52,201 bases of DNA, filler included, from Catajapyx aquilonaris (GCA_000934665.2; 2 parts of 2 records of this genome joined end to end with filler, not necessarily neighbours in it), one strand, 5' to 3'; numbered from the whole stretch's first letter, positions 12,401-25,690 are shown. Notes: a model not told the origin generated them from the sequence alone. Program-made: numbers and translations.

Positions 12401-15400
12401 AAGTCAACACATTTCATTAGCACAGCAGAAATTACCATAAAGACTTGCTATGTAAGGTACATTCTAACTTAATCCATGTTATCAGCATGATTAAGGAACT
12501 GAATGGTACTAACAAACTGGGGCAAACAGACCTTGGGCATTCCCTCAGTTGGATGTGTAACAGCTGTAAATGGTCACTTTCTTCAGATTTAAAAACTTTG
12601 AAGCAATGAATGTACAGTACCGCTCATAAAGAATGGTACGACTCTATAGACAAAATGTTTATTCTGTTCCCAACCCTTGGGTCACCAGTATGTTTTTAGG
12701 GGTCATGAGGAAGTCTGGGATAAAAATGCCTTGAATGTGGGTAAACTGCAGGGAAAAAAGAAGGGATCTGATCACTTACTCCACCCATCTCCTTCACTAC
12801 TATTACTTTGACGTCATCAGTTACCTACAGTAGTAAACAACAAAAGCAGGATCCGCATAAAATATTGACGTTGACAGATTCACAAAGCAAGAATTAGTAT
12901 GATTTTGGGATCGGAGAATGAAGCCACATGTGAATCAGGATGTGGTGGAATTATGATATTCATTAGTTGTTTTTCAGTAACCCCTTTCATATGGCAAAGC
13001 AATTTTCTTGTACCTGACAGTTCCATCAAGAGCCTTATCAGCCAGGGTGACTACAGTGATGGCTCCTTCTCTCTTGCCTCCACCCTTATTCTCCTTGCTC
13101 TTCCGGTCACTGTCAGAAAGGCCACTGTTCTGCAATGCTTGCTGAAGAATGTCACTGCTGCTCAGAAACTCCTGCTGGGTCTGTTGCTGGTTCAGTAGCT
13201 GGGATTGATTAGTAGATGCCCCCATGCTGCCTGCAGCCTTGCTTTTAGATAGGCCCACATCCGATCCTAGCTGTACCTCTCCACACAGCTCCAGCAACTG
13301 TTTCATTACAGCATTCACTCCTGTTGTTCTGCTGTCATTGGGTTGTGGTATGTCAGATGAGTTCTGCTGCTGTTGAACAGTAACCTCTCCGGAGTGCACA
13401 CGACTCATGTGTGCATTGAGACTGCCCAGCTTGCGAAATACACATGGGCATTCTTCACATCGATATACGGTGTCTCCTGAATTGACAATGGTGTGGACAC
13501 GCTACATGGGAAAGCAACAAAATATATAAACGTAACTTTCACTTTGACACAAGTCCCTCAATAATTATAATAATTATGTCATTACAATATAAATAATATT
13601 ACACTAGTTGGAGTGGTTTTTAAAACCTTCCAACCAAGTACCAACAAAAGAATGTAATAACAATAATGGGATATTCAACCATTTAAAATGGAATGAAAAT
13701 AAATGTATTGGTAAAATTTTCCCATTAAGGTGGCCACCAGTGCTGATGCTAATGCAGCCCAGTCTGACAGAAATCATCCAGTTCCCACAATTTGGCAATC
13801 TGCGTGGTTAGCAAAGGGTGTCCGCATCATTCAAGAAAAACCCATGCCATTCACTTATAAACAAGCAAAAATTTCGCCAAAGCCTCCAACTTTCTTCCAT
13901 CACATCACTGTTTATGCATTTCGATCATGAGAGAAAATGGAAGAAGCTGAGAAAACCCACGCAAACAATGACAGAACCCTTCTGAACTCATTCCACATGA
14001 GAAAATCCTGTTCAACGTGGGGATCACTTGCAGTAGAGAAGAGTCTGGCATTAACCGCTAAGCCACCACTGCCCCCTGGCCACACAAATCCAAATTTTGG
14101 CTTTTAGGGAAAGCATAATTTAATTCTGCAGGTATTTGATGCACTAAACTGGAGTATGCTGCAATGGGAAACCCTGAATGCACACATTTTAGTCATACTG
14201 ATTGTCATGAGACCTACTCATTTATTGCACAATGTAACACACGTTACAACAGTGCAACCACTGCCTTCATTTATATCAGTGAAGAAGTTGTCAGGGGGCA
14301 TGGTCTAACTACACTGCATACATTTATTCAGCAGTAAGAACCTAATGTTCCATCAGGACAGTAATGGCTGGCTTCAGAATCAAACCTGAAAGGAATCTCC
14401 AACTGCATGTACCCCCGCGAGCATAAAGATAAGAGACGGCAGGCCATTTTTTGACCTTTCTTTATCCGACTGAAATTAATGAACTATTTTTGGACCGAGT
14501 TAGCTGCTTCAGGCGTGTGTTCATGTATTTATGACAGTATATTTGATACTGTAATTGCTGAGATTGGCAGAGCAGCCTGCCGAAGGTGAGGGTCTGCCGT
14601 CTCCATCTTTATGCTCGCGGGTGTACATGTATAATAATTATATTCTTAGCCAAAGTTGAACATGAGTTTACCCCAAATTTCCACTCGTATGGATAAGGGG
14701 TAAATTATGAAAGACATGGTTACAGTACATCTCTTATGAATACATCCCTCTTCTGTCACTACGGCATAATCTTTTCTTACTCCGTGTCATGTACTTTCTG
14801 TGCCAAAAATAATCCTGCCATAAGAAAAATACGGCCTATCGAGTTTCCCTACATTCCTTGACAACTTCATTTCTGTACTGATCAGGTTTCTGTCACAGTT
14901 GTCCAGTGCAGTGAGAATCTTCCACTGCGACCAAACAAAAATTACGTAACTGAATAGTTTCCACTACATTGAAGTGACGAGAGAGGTAGTCATGTACTGT
15001 GCTTGTTTCCATGTGATAAGATTATGTACCAATGCAATAGAAAATCGGGCATAGAGAAACCAATTAGCATAATTTTCTAAATATCTTCAGCACCTTGAGG
15101 AGGGTAAGAATAATTTTGACCTTTATGCATCTCACCTGAATGTGAGCCCTGAGGTTCCCTTTCTGGCTGAAGGCAGCTTGGCACAGATAGCAGCGGTGGG
15201 GCTTGCTTCCAGTGTGCTTGGTCATGTGGATTTGCAATGCGCCTTTTTGGTTGAAGGCCTTACTGCACAAATGACAGTTAAAGGGACGCTCCCCTGTGTG
15301 AATTCGCACGTGGCGTTCCAGTTGGCTAGGCTTTTGGAAGCCCTTTCCACAGCTGGCACACTTGTGGGGTTGTTTCCCATTACCAGAGGAGTGGCGCCGA

Positions 15401-18400
15401 CGACTACTACTACTACTAGCCCCTCCCCGAGGCTGAGAGTTCAATTGAGTCATAGCAGCCTTAGCTCGGTTGTGATCCCGCATGTGCCGGCGAAGGTGCC
15501 ACAATTTTCCAAACTGCTGTCCACAATGGCGGCAAGCATGAGTGTGGGGCAGGTTCACCCATTCTTCATCATGTCCTTTGCGGTGGGCATCCAGCTGGGA
15601 CTGCATAATTAGAATAGTCTTAAGAATGATATAAACTAAGGCTTCAGGATCTTTCGTAGAGATGGCTGCATGCATAAGGAGCCACAAGAATTCTATTTCA
15701 TCGGTTACTAATTTTCAAACTCCTAAACAGTGCTATAAAACTGTCAAGTAATTTCTTACTCTTTTTTTTGTGATGGCAATGCAGGTAATGCTATCAATGA
15801 ACACCATTTAATATAGCAAATGTCACACTACCACCCTTCAATTCAACTGCATATTCTGAAAAAGGATGTCCTGTTGGCCTGGAACTGCACAATAAAGAGC
15901 TGCCAAGACCACCCAAAGTTTTGCTGCATGACATGAAAGTACCAAGCACATTAGGGGTCGGGCAAATCCCACGTGACCGTTTTGGAGAGGGGGGCGTCAG
16001 TGACAGTTCACGTGGTATCTCTGAACACGATGAACGGGCACATATAGGAGCTTTTACCTTAATGCACATAGGTTCAAAATAACCTATAATTTGAAATCAG
16101 CAACCACGAAAACATGGGGAGCCATCAGTGGCGTAGCGAGGCGGGGGGTAGGCCGCCCGGGGTGGCAAGTTGACGGGAGCGGCAATTTTTGGAGTACTGC
16201 AGCCACAGCGAGCGATATTATTTTAGTGATTCTACAAAAAATATTATGATGTTTTCCTATTACTTAATTTATAAACACTCAACGATTATGCATTAGAGAT
16301 TAGAATGATGACAAGTTCAGATAAAAATGCTACGAAGTGGTCAGAAATGGGAGTTTTGCTCAGTGCATTGCAATCATTTCCGTTTCTGTGCTTTTTAGAG
16401 TTATAGGATTCTGTTCTTGCGGAAATTAATGATGCCCAGACTTATTTACAAAGTAAAGGATTGCATGTACAGTACAACAATGTGTTCAGAAGATGAGTGT
16501 GCATTGTTTAGGCAATGAGGCATTGTTAATGTATACAAGGGGTGGCTTAGTGAACGGTGGAGCTATTCAAGGTATTCTGAAGGCCTGTGTGAAGAACTAT
16601 GTATCATTATGCCTTATGGAACCTCACTGGCAATCTAGGAACAACTTACCCTACTACGACGAATTCAGGAGGGAAATATTTTCTTCACTGACCAGAGTAC
16701 CGTATTTGACGGCATATAAGGTGCACTTTCCCCCCAAAAATCGCCCTGCATCTCATAATTATGTGAAAATACAATACGAACCATTTTTTTACTGAATATG
16801 ATCTGCTGAAATGGGGGTGCATCTTATATGCCTTCAAATAACTTACGGTAATTCAAGAGATTACCTTGAGATTTCTGCAGCTTCCTGAACTGGCTGAAAG
16901 ATTTGCCTTCCTTACTCCATCACGACTTTTGTATGCCGGATATGATTGTGATTTAGAATATGCTCCTGATGACATTGACAAGGAAGAGTTCGAAATTGAA
17001 AGGAAAAGACTTCATAGTTTCATTGCGGTTTCAAAGGAACAAGTTGGGATAATTTAAGGAATGAAAATCCCCCTGAACTCCTGAACTTCATTCAACAGCT
17101 CAGTCTAGGTATATCAGTGCCAAATAATATTGTCATAATGTTGTGGATTTTTCTCAAGTCGGAATATGTGTTGCCAGCTGTATGAGGAGCTCTTTGAAGC
17201 TAAAATTAATTAAATCTTATCACCCCCCTAAAGGGCCTATGGCCCTATCATGGGATAATTTTAAAAAATCAAAAAATTAAAAAATAAAAATTATCTACGT
17301 TTCACTATGAGATTGGAGGTTGGGCAATTTGGCTACATTTTCAAATGAGCAAGAATTGACTAATCAAATTGATTTTGACTGTGTGATTAGTGATTTTGCT
17401 GCCCAAAAAGCAAGAAAAGTAAAATTGTCATGGCGATGAATATATGGAATAAACATAATATGATCCCTCTACTTGACCTTTTCCCAATAGTAACATTGTG
17501 ATCTTAAAATTTTTGCCTGCAATTAATAAAATTAAATGGTAATTGTAGGGGCGGCAAATTTTAGATCTGGCCCTGGCGCTCCTAACCCTTTACATGCTTA
17601 AAAGGTTTAGTTGAGGAGCTATCATTTTCAATCGTGTTTTTTCTGATAACATAGACATTTTTAAAAACCGCGTGAAGAGTGGGGGTGGGGGGAGGGGTGT
17701 CAAAAAGTGGCCTAAGATCAGCCATGTGGTATTTGCATGACCTCTCAGTGTGCAATACATATTATTACAAAATACCCTTAGTGCACTAGCAAGTCTAAGA
17801 TAGCCGAGCACAGCTTCCATCACAATACTACCTGTCACTAGGTGTTTGCATAATTGAGTGGCTGAGAAGCAGAGTGGTTCAAGTCGAAATTCAGAAATTT
17901 TGAGTTGTCGCTTGCATGGCATTCCCCATGACCAACTCTGTTTTGTAACTTGGCCTAAAGATGTTTGTAATATTTGCTATCAAATTATTAAGTTAATGCG
18001 ACTTACTTTTACCATGGCTGCAAAGGCAAGCCTAGAACTTACATGCGTTTATCTCAAAACTATCTTTTTCGACATGAACCACTCTGCTTCTCAGCCACTC
18101 AATTTCACTGTCATTACAGATCTGACAACCAAAGTTAACTCTTTTTACCCTCCTGAAATTTGAAAATTTTGAGATTGTCTAATTCTGCTTGGTCTATACT
18201 CCATACTTCTATAGTGTTGAGAAAACATCACCTCCGCTGCTAATTTCCACGTTAGCAGGGTGAAAATACAGCCAAAATGCAATGTTCCGAAGCTGCAACA
18301 CCTGCATCTGGTCGCGGTCGCCTTTCACCGCGTCTGTAGGGCTCTCCAGTGCCGCGAAGGACGCTCTCCATTATTATAAACGCCTTCGACTTCAAAGCGT

Positions 18401-19960
18401 GCGAGATGACCCTCCTCCTTCGTGGCACCGGAAAACGCTACAGATGCGGTGAAAGGCGACCCTGACCGGGCAGCCGGGACCGGCAACTCGCGACCAGATG
18501 CAGGTGTTGTGGCTTCGGAACATCGCCTTTTGGATGTATTTTCACCCTGATAACATGGAAATGAGCAGAGAAGGTGATGTTTTCTCAACACTATAGGCCA
18601 AGCAGAATTAGAAAATCCCAAAATGTTCAAAATTCCGAAGAGTAAGAAGAGTTACTTTGGTTGTGAGTGAGCCAACTCTTGAAATACAGGGCTTGATTCA
18701 CATCCAACCTAATCTGACACCATTAATACTAAACCAAGTACAGGACACATGCAACAGTTCTATAATGGAAGGAAATAAAGGATTGAATGCCATTTTTGCA
18801 GCCATACTTCACCTGTGTGCAAAACTCATCCCCACACTCGCCACAGAAGAGGTTTTCTTCCAGCTCATGTAATGAAACATGTGCTTTCAGACTGGCCAAC
18901 CGGGCAAATCTCTTATGGCACTCAGGGCATTCCAGGTTGGTGGTATCATGAGTAGCTAGATGTAGGGTCAAGTTCGACTGGACATTAAATGTCTGTCCAC
19001 ACTCTCCACAGCGGTGAGGTTTGTCATCTTCATGTGTCTTCTGATGGCGACAAAATTGCTGCCAGCGATCAAACATCTTCCCACAGTTCTCACAGGCAAA
19101 TGGACCCTTGCGCAGGGGAGGTTGGATGTCATCAGCTTCAGAGCGGCGGGGACGCCCAGGCCTTTTCTTTGTTGACATGGTAAGACCCATGGGTGGGGTG
19201 ATGGTGTCTTTTACATTGAAGATTGTGATAGCCATGTGTGGCTCTGCAATTACATCGCCCACCTGGTCCAATGAAAGCAGAGGATCTTCGTCAACATTTA
19301 AGGCGTCATCAAGACTACCTAGGACCAGAGTTGTTCCAGCCTCAGACGACAGCAAGGGAAACTGGTTGGGATCAACCAGGAAGGTGTTGTTTGGTGTTGT
19401 TGCCCCATTTGCCGAGCTGCTGGTAGGAGTAGCCTCTGGAAAGCCTTTGAGGACTAGTCCCTGAGATGTGGGTGTGGTGCTCAATACAGTACCATCGCGG
19501 ATCATGCTCCATGGCACTGTTATGTACGTGGCTGCAGTGTCCGTAACAGATGTACCTAAAAATCAATGCTCATAGATATCATAAATATATAACTTCAGAG
19601 ACACTCACACTGTTAATAATATAAAGGACTGCATTATTCTGTTCACAAATGCACGCTTCGTATCTCACTTCACTGCAACAATCTCTGATCATCAGATTTA
19701 CAGTACCATCATGCTCTAATCAAGGCCAGTATGAGATCATCCTGTCATTACAACATTGTAAGTGTATGTGACAATGGCGATGAACTCTTGGTGGGATACA
19801 AAAAAAAAACTACCTACAAATTAATCATTGAAAATTAATACAATATGTACATACCTAGTGCTCCACTCCCCGAGAACACCATTCCCGAATTGGTCAAAAT
19901 GGTGTCTGCTGGCAGGGACAGAATCTGTCCTCCAACAGACACGGTCACCTCCTCCATCAT
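6402..19960 (-). CDS. ZNF236: Zinc finger protein 236-like (multi-C2H2, ~27 fingers, ~1838 aa)
   Basis: Coding exons 19960-19855, 19555-18813, 15600-15136, 13501-13014, 12357-11880, 11739-11112, 11033-10969, 10803-10462, 10366-9692, 8685-7851 (donor least certain), 7093-6402. All phases are consistent (5517 nt). Diagnostic ZNF236 segment [22 protein letters not shown]...[28 protein letters not shown]...[30 protein letters not shown]. The 3' UTR probably runs to AATAAA signals near 5300-5590. Confidence 0.93.
7582..7732. mobile_element. ~150-bp near-perfect hairpin/palindromic MITE in the last ZNF236 intron
   Basis: tggtactatcagtccaccaagaattgtcgtagcggcag...ctgccgctacgacaattcttggtggactgatagtacca; arms ~60 bp with few mismatches. 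Confidence 0.8.
8997..9509. mobile_element. PIF/Harbinger-type MITE (513 bp)
   Basis: TIR GGGCCGGTTGCACCAGTCRCGGTATATGGAA at both ends; TTA target-site duplication at 8994-8996 and 9510-9512. Confidence 0.88.
13925..14076 (-). mobile_element. Degenerate V-domain tRNA-SINE fragment
   Basis: Minus strand reads ggggcagtggtggcttagcggttaa... and tgtggaatgagttc...tttgcgtgggttttctcag, resembling the SINE at 35562-35887. Confidence 0.55.
14412..14623. mobile_element. ~212-bp TA-flanked MITE, copy 1 of 3
   Basis: TIR C(C/A)CCCGCGAGCATAAAGAT(A/G)GAGACGGCAG; TA on both sides; near-identical copy at 45845-46055 and an interrupted inverted copy at 47381-48137. Confidence 0.88.
16700..16848. mobile_element. 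Tc1/mariner-superfamily (CCGTA-terminus) MITE inserted in the hAT relic
   Basis: CCGTATTTGACGGCATATAAGGTGCAC...GTGCATCTTATATGCCTTCAAATA..TACGG with TA TSD; removing it restores the hAT reading frame. Confidence 0.8.
17221..17294 (+). mobile_element. 5'-truncated retroposon tail inserted in the hAT relic
   Basis: caccccccctaaagggcctatggccctatcatggg plus an A-rich tail, flanked by ttat; splits KLIKSY|LR. Confidence 0.6.
18125..18664. mobile_element. Foldback element (~540 bp, arms >200 bp) in a ZNF236 intron
   Basis: acaaccaaagttaactct...ctatagtgttgagaaaacatcacct...cacctgcatctggtcgcg is mirrored by cgcgaccagatgcaggtg...aggtgatgttttctcaacactatag...agagttactttggttgt. Confidence 0.8.
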
Positions 19961-22900
19961 TGCAGCACCTGTTCCTCACCTTGTCATTCTACACACAAAC
20001 CATGAAAGAGAGATTGTTAATTTTTCCATATGAACATAAATACAGTGACACATGCATAAAAAGCTCAATGGGTATTATTTTCAGTAACCTGCGTAAATGG
20101 CCCTGATTGCGGTCTAATACTGGAGGTGTACTCGCTTTCAAAGCTTGTATTGAGCATAAATCGGCATAAATAAGTCCACTGAAGTTTGGACTGGAGCCAC
20201 CTATTGTGACTCGCATCATTACTCGGGCATCAGTCCGACCTGTCAATCTCGGATTTCATACATTGCGCATTACCTCTGCAGTGTACACTTGAATGAACAG
20301 CCGCTTGGCCTGTAGCATTATTCAGCGACTACCACTATTTCTGCGCAAACGGCTACAGTTGGCAAAAACACTTGCAAGTGCAACAGAGTGTCACTTATCC
20401 ATGTGCTGTGCAGGGCTGGCAGCACAAACGTGGCACACTAGCGACTAACCCCAGTGACAGCGTGTGTTCCACCCGAACCGCGGTGGCCATGTGCTGGTCC
20501 TGCCTTCTGCTGCCAACTGACTCTGCCAGTCCCCATTTCCCGCGATTCCAGTGGCGACATGTCAGCTGTCTGTGTTCTCCTTGCACCTTCCCTCCTTCCT
20601 TCCTCCCCAGCAGACGTAATGAAAAGAAGAGCGATCCGCCTCCTCTCCCCCCAAAGCACCATATCCTGGCGCGTATCATTCCGCCCAAGTATTGAATTCC
20701 CCACCCTGCCAGCTCCCACACACCTCTCTACGACCCTCCTTCCATACCTATAAATTCACGGCCGGTCTGGACAACGGGTTGGAGCCCTCCACAAGAGCTG
20801 GACCCAGGAACAAATTAGGAATAATTCAGATAGGAAAACTACTTACTCGACCGACAATATGGCGGACACTGGGCTGGTTTTTCGGAGGGGGAGCGGGGGG
20901 GCCAACAGGAACTACTCCAAATTGTGGGATTGACAATTGCTTGCGTGTCTAGTACGCTTTTAAGACAAATCTCATGACCAGAGATTCATCTGGATTATTT
21001 TCACTCTTTAATATTTGGAACTGTCGGCAGAGAACAAAGCAGGAGGTTGGGTATGTCGACGGCAGATGGCAGTGACAGCGCCAGGCTCAGCTGTGATGAA
21101 GGAGCGCGGATTTCAAACCTAGTGTAAATGGAGTCTCTTTAAATGTAAGTTTAATGTAAATGTAAATTTAAATGTAAATTGCAGTCTCTTTGCGACCTAT
21201 CTCCTCTGAAGTCACAAGACACATTCTCCAGCTAACCCGGTTATGCTCCAATCAGGTTAAGCATTACGCAGTCAAATTATTAATAATAGTTAATGGATAA
21301 TAATTGAATGCCTCATGATAGGATTGTGACTTCTTATGGAATCAGCAATTAAACATCCCACACCCGCCGTGTCCTGAAATCAAAACTTTTGACTCATAAC
21401 TTGCAGATTTTTTTCTCACTTAAGTCTGCTGATGACGCTTTATTATAGGCGTGTTTTGCAGCAGCAGTAATATGCTGATAGTTCTGTTCTTCTTGATTTC
21501 AGAGCACCAGAATCGTGCCAGAAAAATATTATCGCAAAATAAGGAGAGGAATTTAATAAAAGAAGCTGAGGCAGAAGCTCCCGTTACGTAAAATATTCAT
21601 TACATGAGACTCCTAAATGCTTTCCAAGGCTTCCTTTGAATATTAATTATTGGATACTGCCGAAATTGCACTCGCGCTTCCCAATAATTCCCAAAAATAA
21701 GGAATAAATTTGACGAAGCCGTCGAAGCGAAATCAATTCCATCGAAACACCTCATCAAAGGCAGATCTCAATGATGGAAACCACTGGCTCGAGGCCAATT
21801 CTTCCTTAAAAAGAGCTAATATAAATAAGGGAGTCATATGGATCAATGTACTAATGGACCTCGTTCTTTCTCTGCGTTAGATACAGAGACTAATATCCCA
21901 AAAACAGCACCGGAAGTGGCGGAAGACACTATCCGCAGTGAACTCTTTTTAGAATACCTTTCGTAGGAATGTACTGTACCTTAACATCGCCCATCACCAC
22001 CATCCCATTTGCCTGATAACTAGGTATAGCCAGTGAAGAAACAGATAAAGCACGCATGTAAGGGCCAGAAGCATGATCGATGGTAAATTCAAAAGTAATG
22101 TAGGTGTGAAAGTAGAATTATTTAATTTCACCAAGAGCCAATTAACCCTCGATTTTACATATTATTGCCAGACGTCGAAAATTAATATTGAGAAGCTTTA
22201 TAGATTTTGACAGTAGAACTAGAGCATCAACCGAAAATAAAATGTATCTTTTGTATGTTTTTGTGTGAAATTGCTGTTAGCGGGTTAGCTATCTTACTGT
22301 ATAGATCTGGATGATGGAGCAGACGTAACTAACTCTTCACTCTGGAGCCCCTATCGTCTTTCCTGCTGGCAGATCCAGGCACTCTCGCCACTGGTCCTAA
22401 AACTTCAAACAGGGTCAATCTTCCAGATCTCGTCGCAAAACTGCCGTAACTCGAAAATGGAGAGTGAGATAAAAGTGGGCATCATGGGCATCCTAGTGTT
22501 CATTAATGCCATCGATTTCCAATTGTAGTTGTTTGCGTCCGGAATGGAGGCTGGCAAAGGGAAAGATCTGCCATTGCCTTCACGTCATCTGTCAAGAATC
22601 GCACGCCAGATCATGTCCTCTTAGGTGACACCAATCACCGTCCATCTACCTTTTGCAAGCGGATTGGGATTCATCTGGAATCTGATGGCAGCCATAACTC
22701 ACTCAGGCGCAACCACTTTCGTCGCTTCACGTTTCTTTACCTTCCCAAAGTGCATGTTGGAAAAGGGCAAGAAACTCAATCACAGGAAAGGATCGAGTTT
22801 GAGGGTTTACTTATGGGGAATGCACGTGAATGAATTCCGGACGAAATGGAGATATTTTGGTCCTGTAACCTTGCGAAAGAGTTACATGACATGACCTACG

Positions 22901-23528
22901 CTGTCACATCTGATGAACCCTTAATTGAGCTAGCGTGACCTTTCTAAGGGCAAATTATGCATAATTTCGCCTTTAAAATACTCACTAGCACTCCCTGATG
23001 AAACCGATTTTTCCCCTTCAAAACAGCAGAGGAATGACATCTTTAAAACTCCACCTGTGAAGATCCCAGCAGAATAAATCAGTATTGATCGGAGCTTTTA
23101 TATACCGTATGAATAAATCGGTCAACGTTGTGGTCCCAATCGACCAAAAAGTTTGAACCAAGGTCGTAAGGTTTATGGTTGTTCAAATGACAGAATTGGA
23201 GTACTTCGACATTGTCATTGGGTAATTACAAAAATCACAGGAATATATTGAAATACAATGTATCCTTTTTATTCCTTCACTGTTACAAAGTAATCAACTC
23301 TCTTTGCATATGAAATCAAGAACTTAAGATAACAATGGTTCTCTGCACTGAAGAAAACTACCAACGAAAAAATCTTGCCCAAAGTGTCATGCTTACTGAA
23401 CTCCAACCACGAAATTCCGCAACACGTAAGTTTAAATACAGGCGAAAATTTACTAAAATCTGCAAAAACTTGCACTCGTAAAACACTTTATTTATTTTTC
23501 CGATGCTGTGTGATGACCAAACACCCTA

Positions 23529-25690
23529 TTATTGCTTCGTCTTCTCTTCGTCGGGGTAGCAACGGTAGCAGAAGATTCCGCTGATATCTTCTTTCTCTGC
23601 TCTGTCTGCGTACTTCAAGTACATCTCCTCAACAATTGCTTCTACTTCTTCTAAAGGAGTAACAATGGTTTCCACGTCATCAGATGATACAGAAAACTGA
23701 TCATAAATATCACAATTACTTTCGTCTGAAGCTTGGTCATAGTCTAAAGCAGGGGTTTCGCAATCTCCTGCCACATTGCATTCTTCGCGGGGTGTCGTAA
23801 TTTCGTCAGCGTTTGGCGTATTGTTGTCATCTTGCCCTTTCTCAATAACAGCTCCTTCGTCTGGAGGCACAAAGCAGCAGTTGTGATGATGTAAATGCAT
23901 ATTTCGGCAACAGTCCGTGGAGGATGAACGTGCTTTCAGCTTTGCTCTCAATCGTTTCTTAAGTTCTGATTCTCTGGTGTGCGGAGTATTCCTCTTAGCC
24001 ACTTTCACTTTGGTCTTGGAAATGTTCGTTTTAACGGCAACTTGCTCCACGTGAGGACAATTGCACAAGAACTTGCACTGTCGCTCAATGCAAGTGGTTT
24101 CCTTGAGTACTTCATGACATAAAACGCATTTTAGTTGGAATTCCGACAGTTTCTTTTTAGAGTCGTCTGCAGGAACATCGGCGAAGAGTTTCTCTTCGAG
24201 CTCTTTCCTAGTCATGGCTGTCTTCTTTTTGGGTGCTGGACCTTTAGTGGTAGGGCCCACAGGAGCACTCTGTGTTTGAGTAACGGGTGGTTTCTTTTTA
24301 ATCACAGGTGAAGCCTTCCCGGCCTTTTTCTTTGCAACAGTTTTTATAGCTTTGGGTTCTTCGCAGATCTGCTGGATCAGAGTGTCCGTTTGTTTAGGCT
24401 TCTGAAGGTCATCTTTTGTCTTTTTTGACTCTGCTACTTGCTCAGTGTCGTGTACTTCTTTCCCACGTTTTTCCGCGGCTTTTTCTTTCTTGGACATTGT
24501 TTCCGCTTCACTTTCATCCTTGTTACTATGCTCCTTACAACTCTGTGTACCTACTCCTTCGGTGGCATCAATGGTGGGTTTTTTCTCGGCGTTATCTGCA
24601 TTTTTCAAGGGTCTCTTCAAAATTCTGACCTTACCTGGCAGAAAAACTCCTTTGCTGTCATCTGTTCGTTCTAATATGCCGCCTTTACTTTCAGTGCATT
24701 TCTTCATGTTGGCGTTTTCATTGGTCTTTTCAGTGTCAGCACTATCCCTTCCCTCTGGGGAAATATTACGGTGATCTTGTTTCTGCTTCGTTTTCATACA
24801 TTTTCGTTCGGCGTCCACCTTTTTCTTGGCTATCTTCTTGACGCTACTCTTTTGTTTGGTGCCAGTCTTTTTCTTACAATCACTCTTGATTGTACTCTCT
24901 TTCTCCTTTGATTGCTCAGTCACTTCTTTGGAGCATCGCTTGATTTGACCCTCTTTCTTTTCACACATTTTGCTTTTCTTGGTAGCATCTTGTGATGAAC
25001 TTTTTGGACCTGCTGCGCCTTTCTTTTTCTCGTTCCCACGCGAGTCTGTTCCGGTCACTCGTACTCCATCGTCGCAATTACATTTGCGAGAATCTTTAGC
25101 AACTTTCTTCACTTCATTCACAATCCCACTTTCGGAAGAATCCTTAAGTAATCGTTGTTGTTCAGCCTTTTTCCTGGCTTTTTTCTCTTTGCTTTCGTTG
25201 TCCATGGCGACGAACCACTTCCCAAAGGCGAGAATCTGGCTGCGCAACTTGTCCATGGGAGGGTTCTTGTCAACTCTGTCGATCTCGAGGTGTCCCAAAC
25301 GAAGAAACTTGCAGTACATGCCACGAACCTCTGCATCATGCTTCTTGATCCAGGCACGACCAATGGAAGAGTTAGTCCCTTGAAAGATGTTCAGCTGCGC
25401 AGCTACGGATGCCAGAAAGTCTGGCGAGTCGGGAGTGTAATGCCTAAAATACAATTTTTTCCACTATTGAGTAAAATACAAAGTGAGTAGGATTTATAGC
25501 ACATTTACCGTTGGGCGATGTCGAGGCACAAATCAGCTAAACCGTCTCTATAGTACGCGTCCATAAGAGTGGTCCTGTTGAAGGAATTTCCCGATTTGAT
25601 AATGGTGTCTTCACATACATCCGTGATTTCAAATAGGACGGACAGGAGAGCATGAACGTATTTTGAATCGTTGATAAATTTGTTCCCAGC
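23529..25690 (-). CDS. Unknown Lys/Glu-rich, Cys-containing protein (>=~698 aa, 5' exons not located)
   Basis: Large terminal exon 25443-23529 (tattttag|G CAT TAC) plus upstream exon 25690-25509 (ttggtttcag|GCT GGG AAC...CAA CG|gtaaat), open and phase-compatible: AGNKFINDSKYVHALLSVLFEITDV...MDAYYRDGLADLCLDIAQR|HYTPDSPDF. No family recognised. Confidence 0.75.

Larger units (their letters stand above)
16126..17598 (+). pseudogene. Decayed hAT transposon with transposase C-terminal (dimerisation domain) remnant
   Basis: Starts CAGTGGCGTAGC. Remnant peptides [35 protein letters not shown] and [24 protein letters not shown]...[37 protein letters not shown] match the hAT dimerisation consensus. 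Interrupted by two later insertions; right end degenerate. Confidence 0.85.

Noticed and set aside
6358..19464. Numerous plus-strand ORFs overlapping ZNF236 exons
   Set aside because: Antisense shadows of the coding strand with no independent coding signal.
22351..22755. Minus-strand frame MHFGKVKK...ELRQFCDEIWKIDP that looked like a decayed or viral gene
   Set aside because: Four internal stops in 135 codons is close to random expectation, and no motif is recognised.
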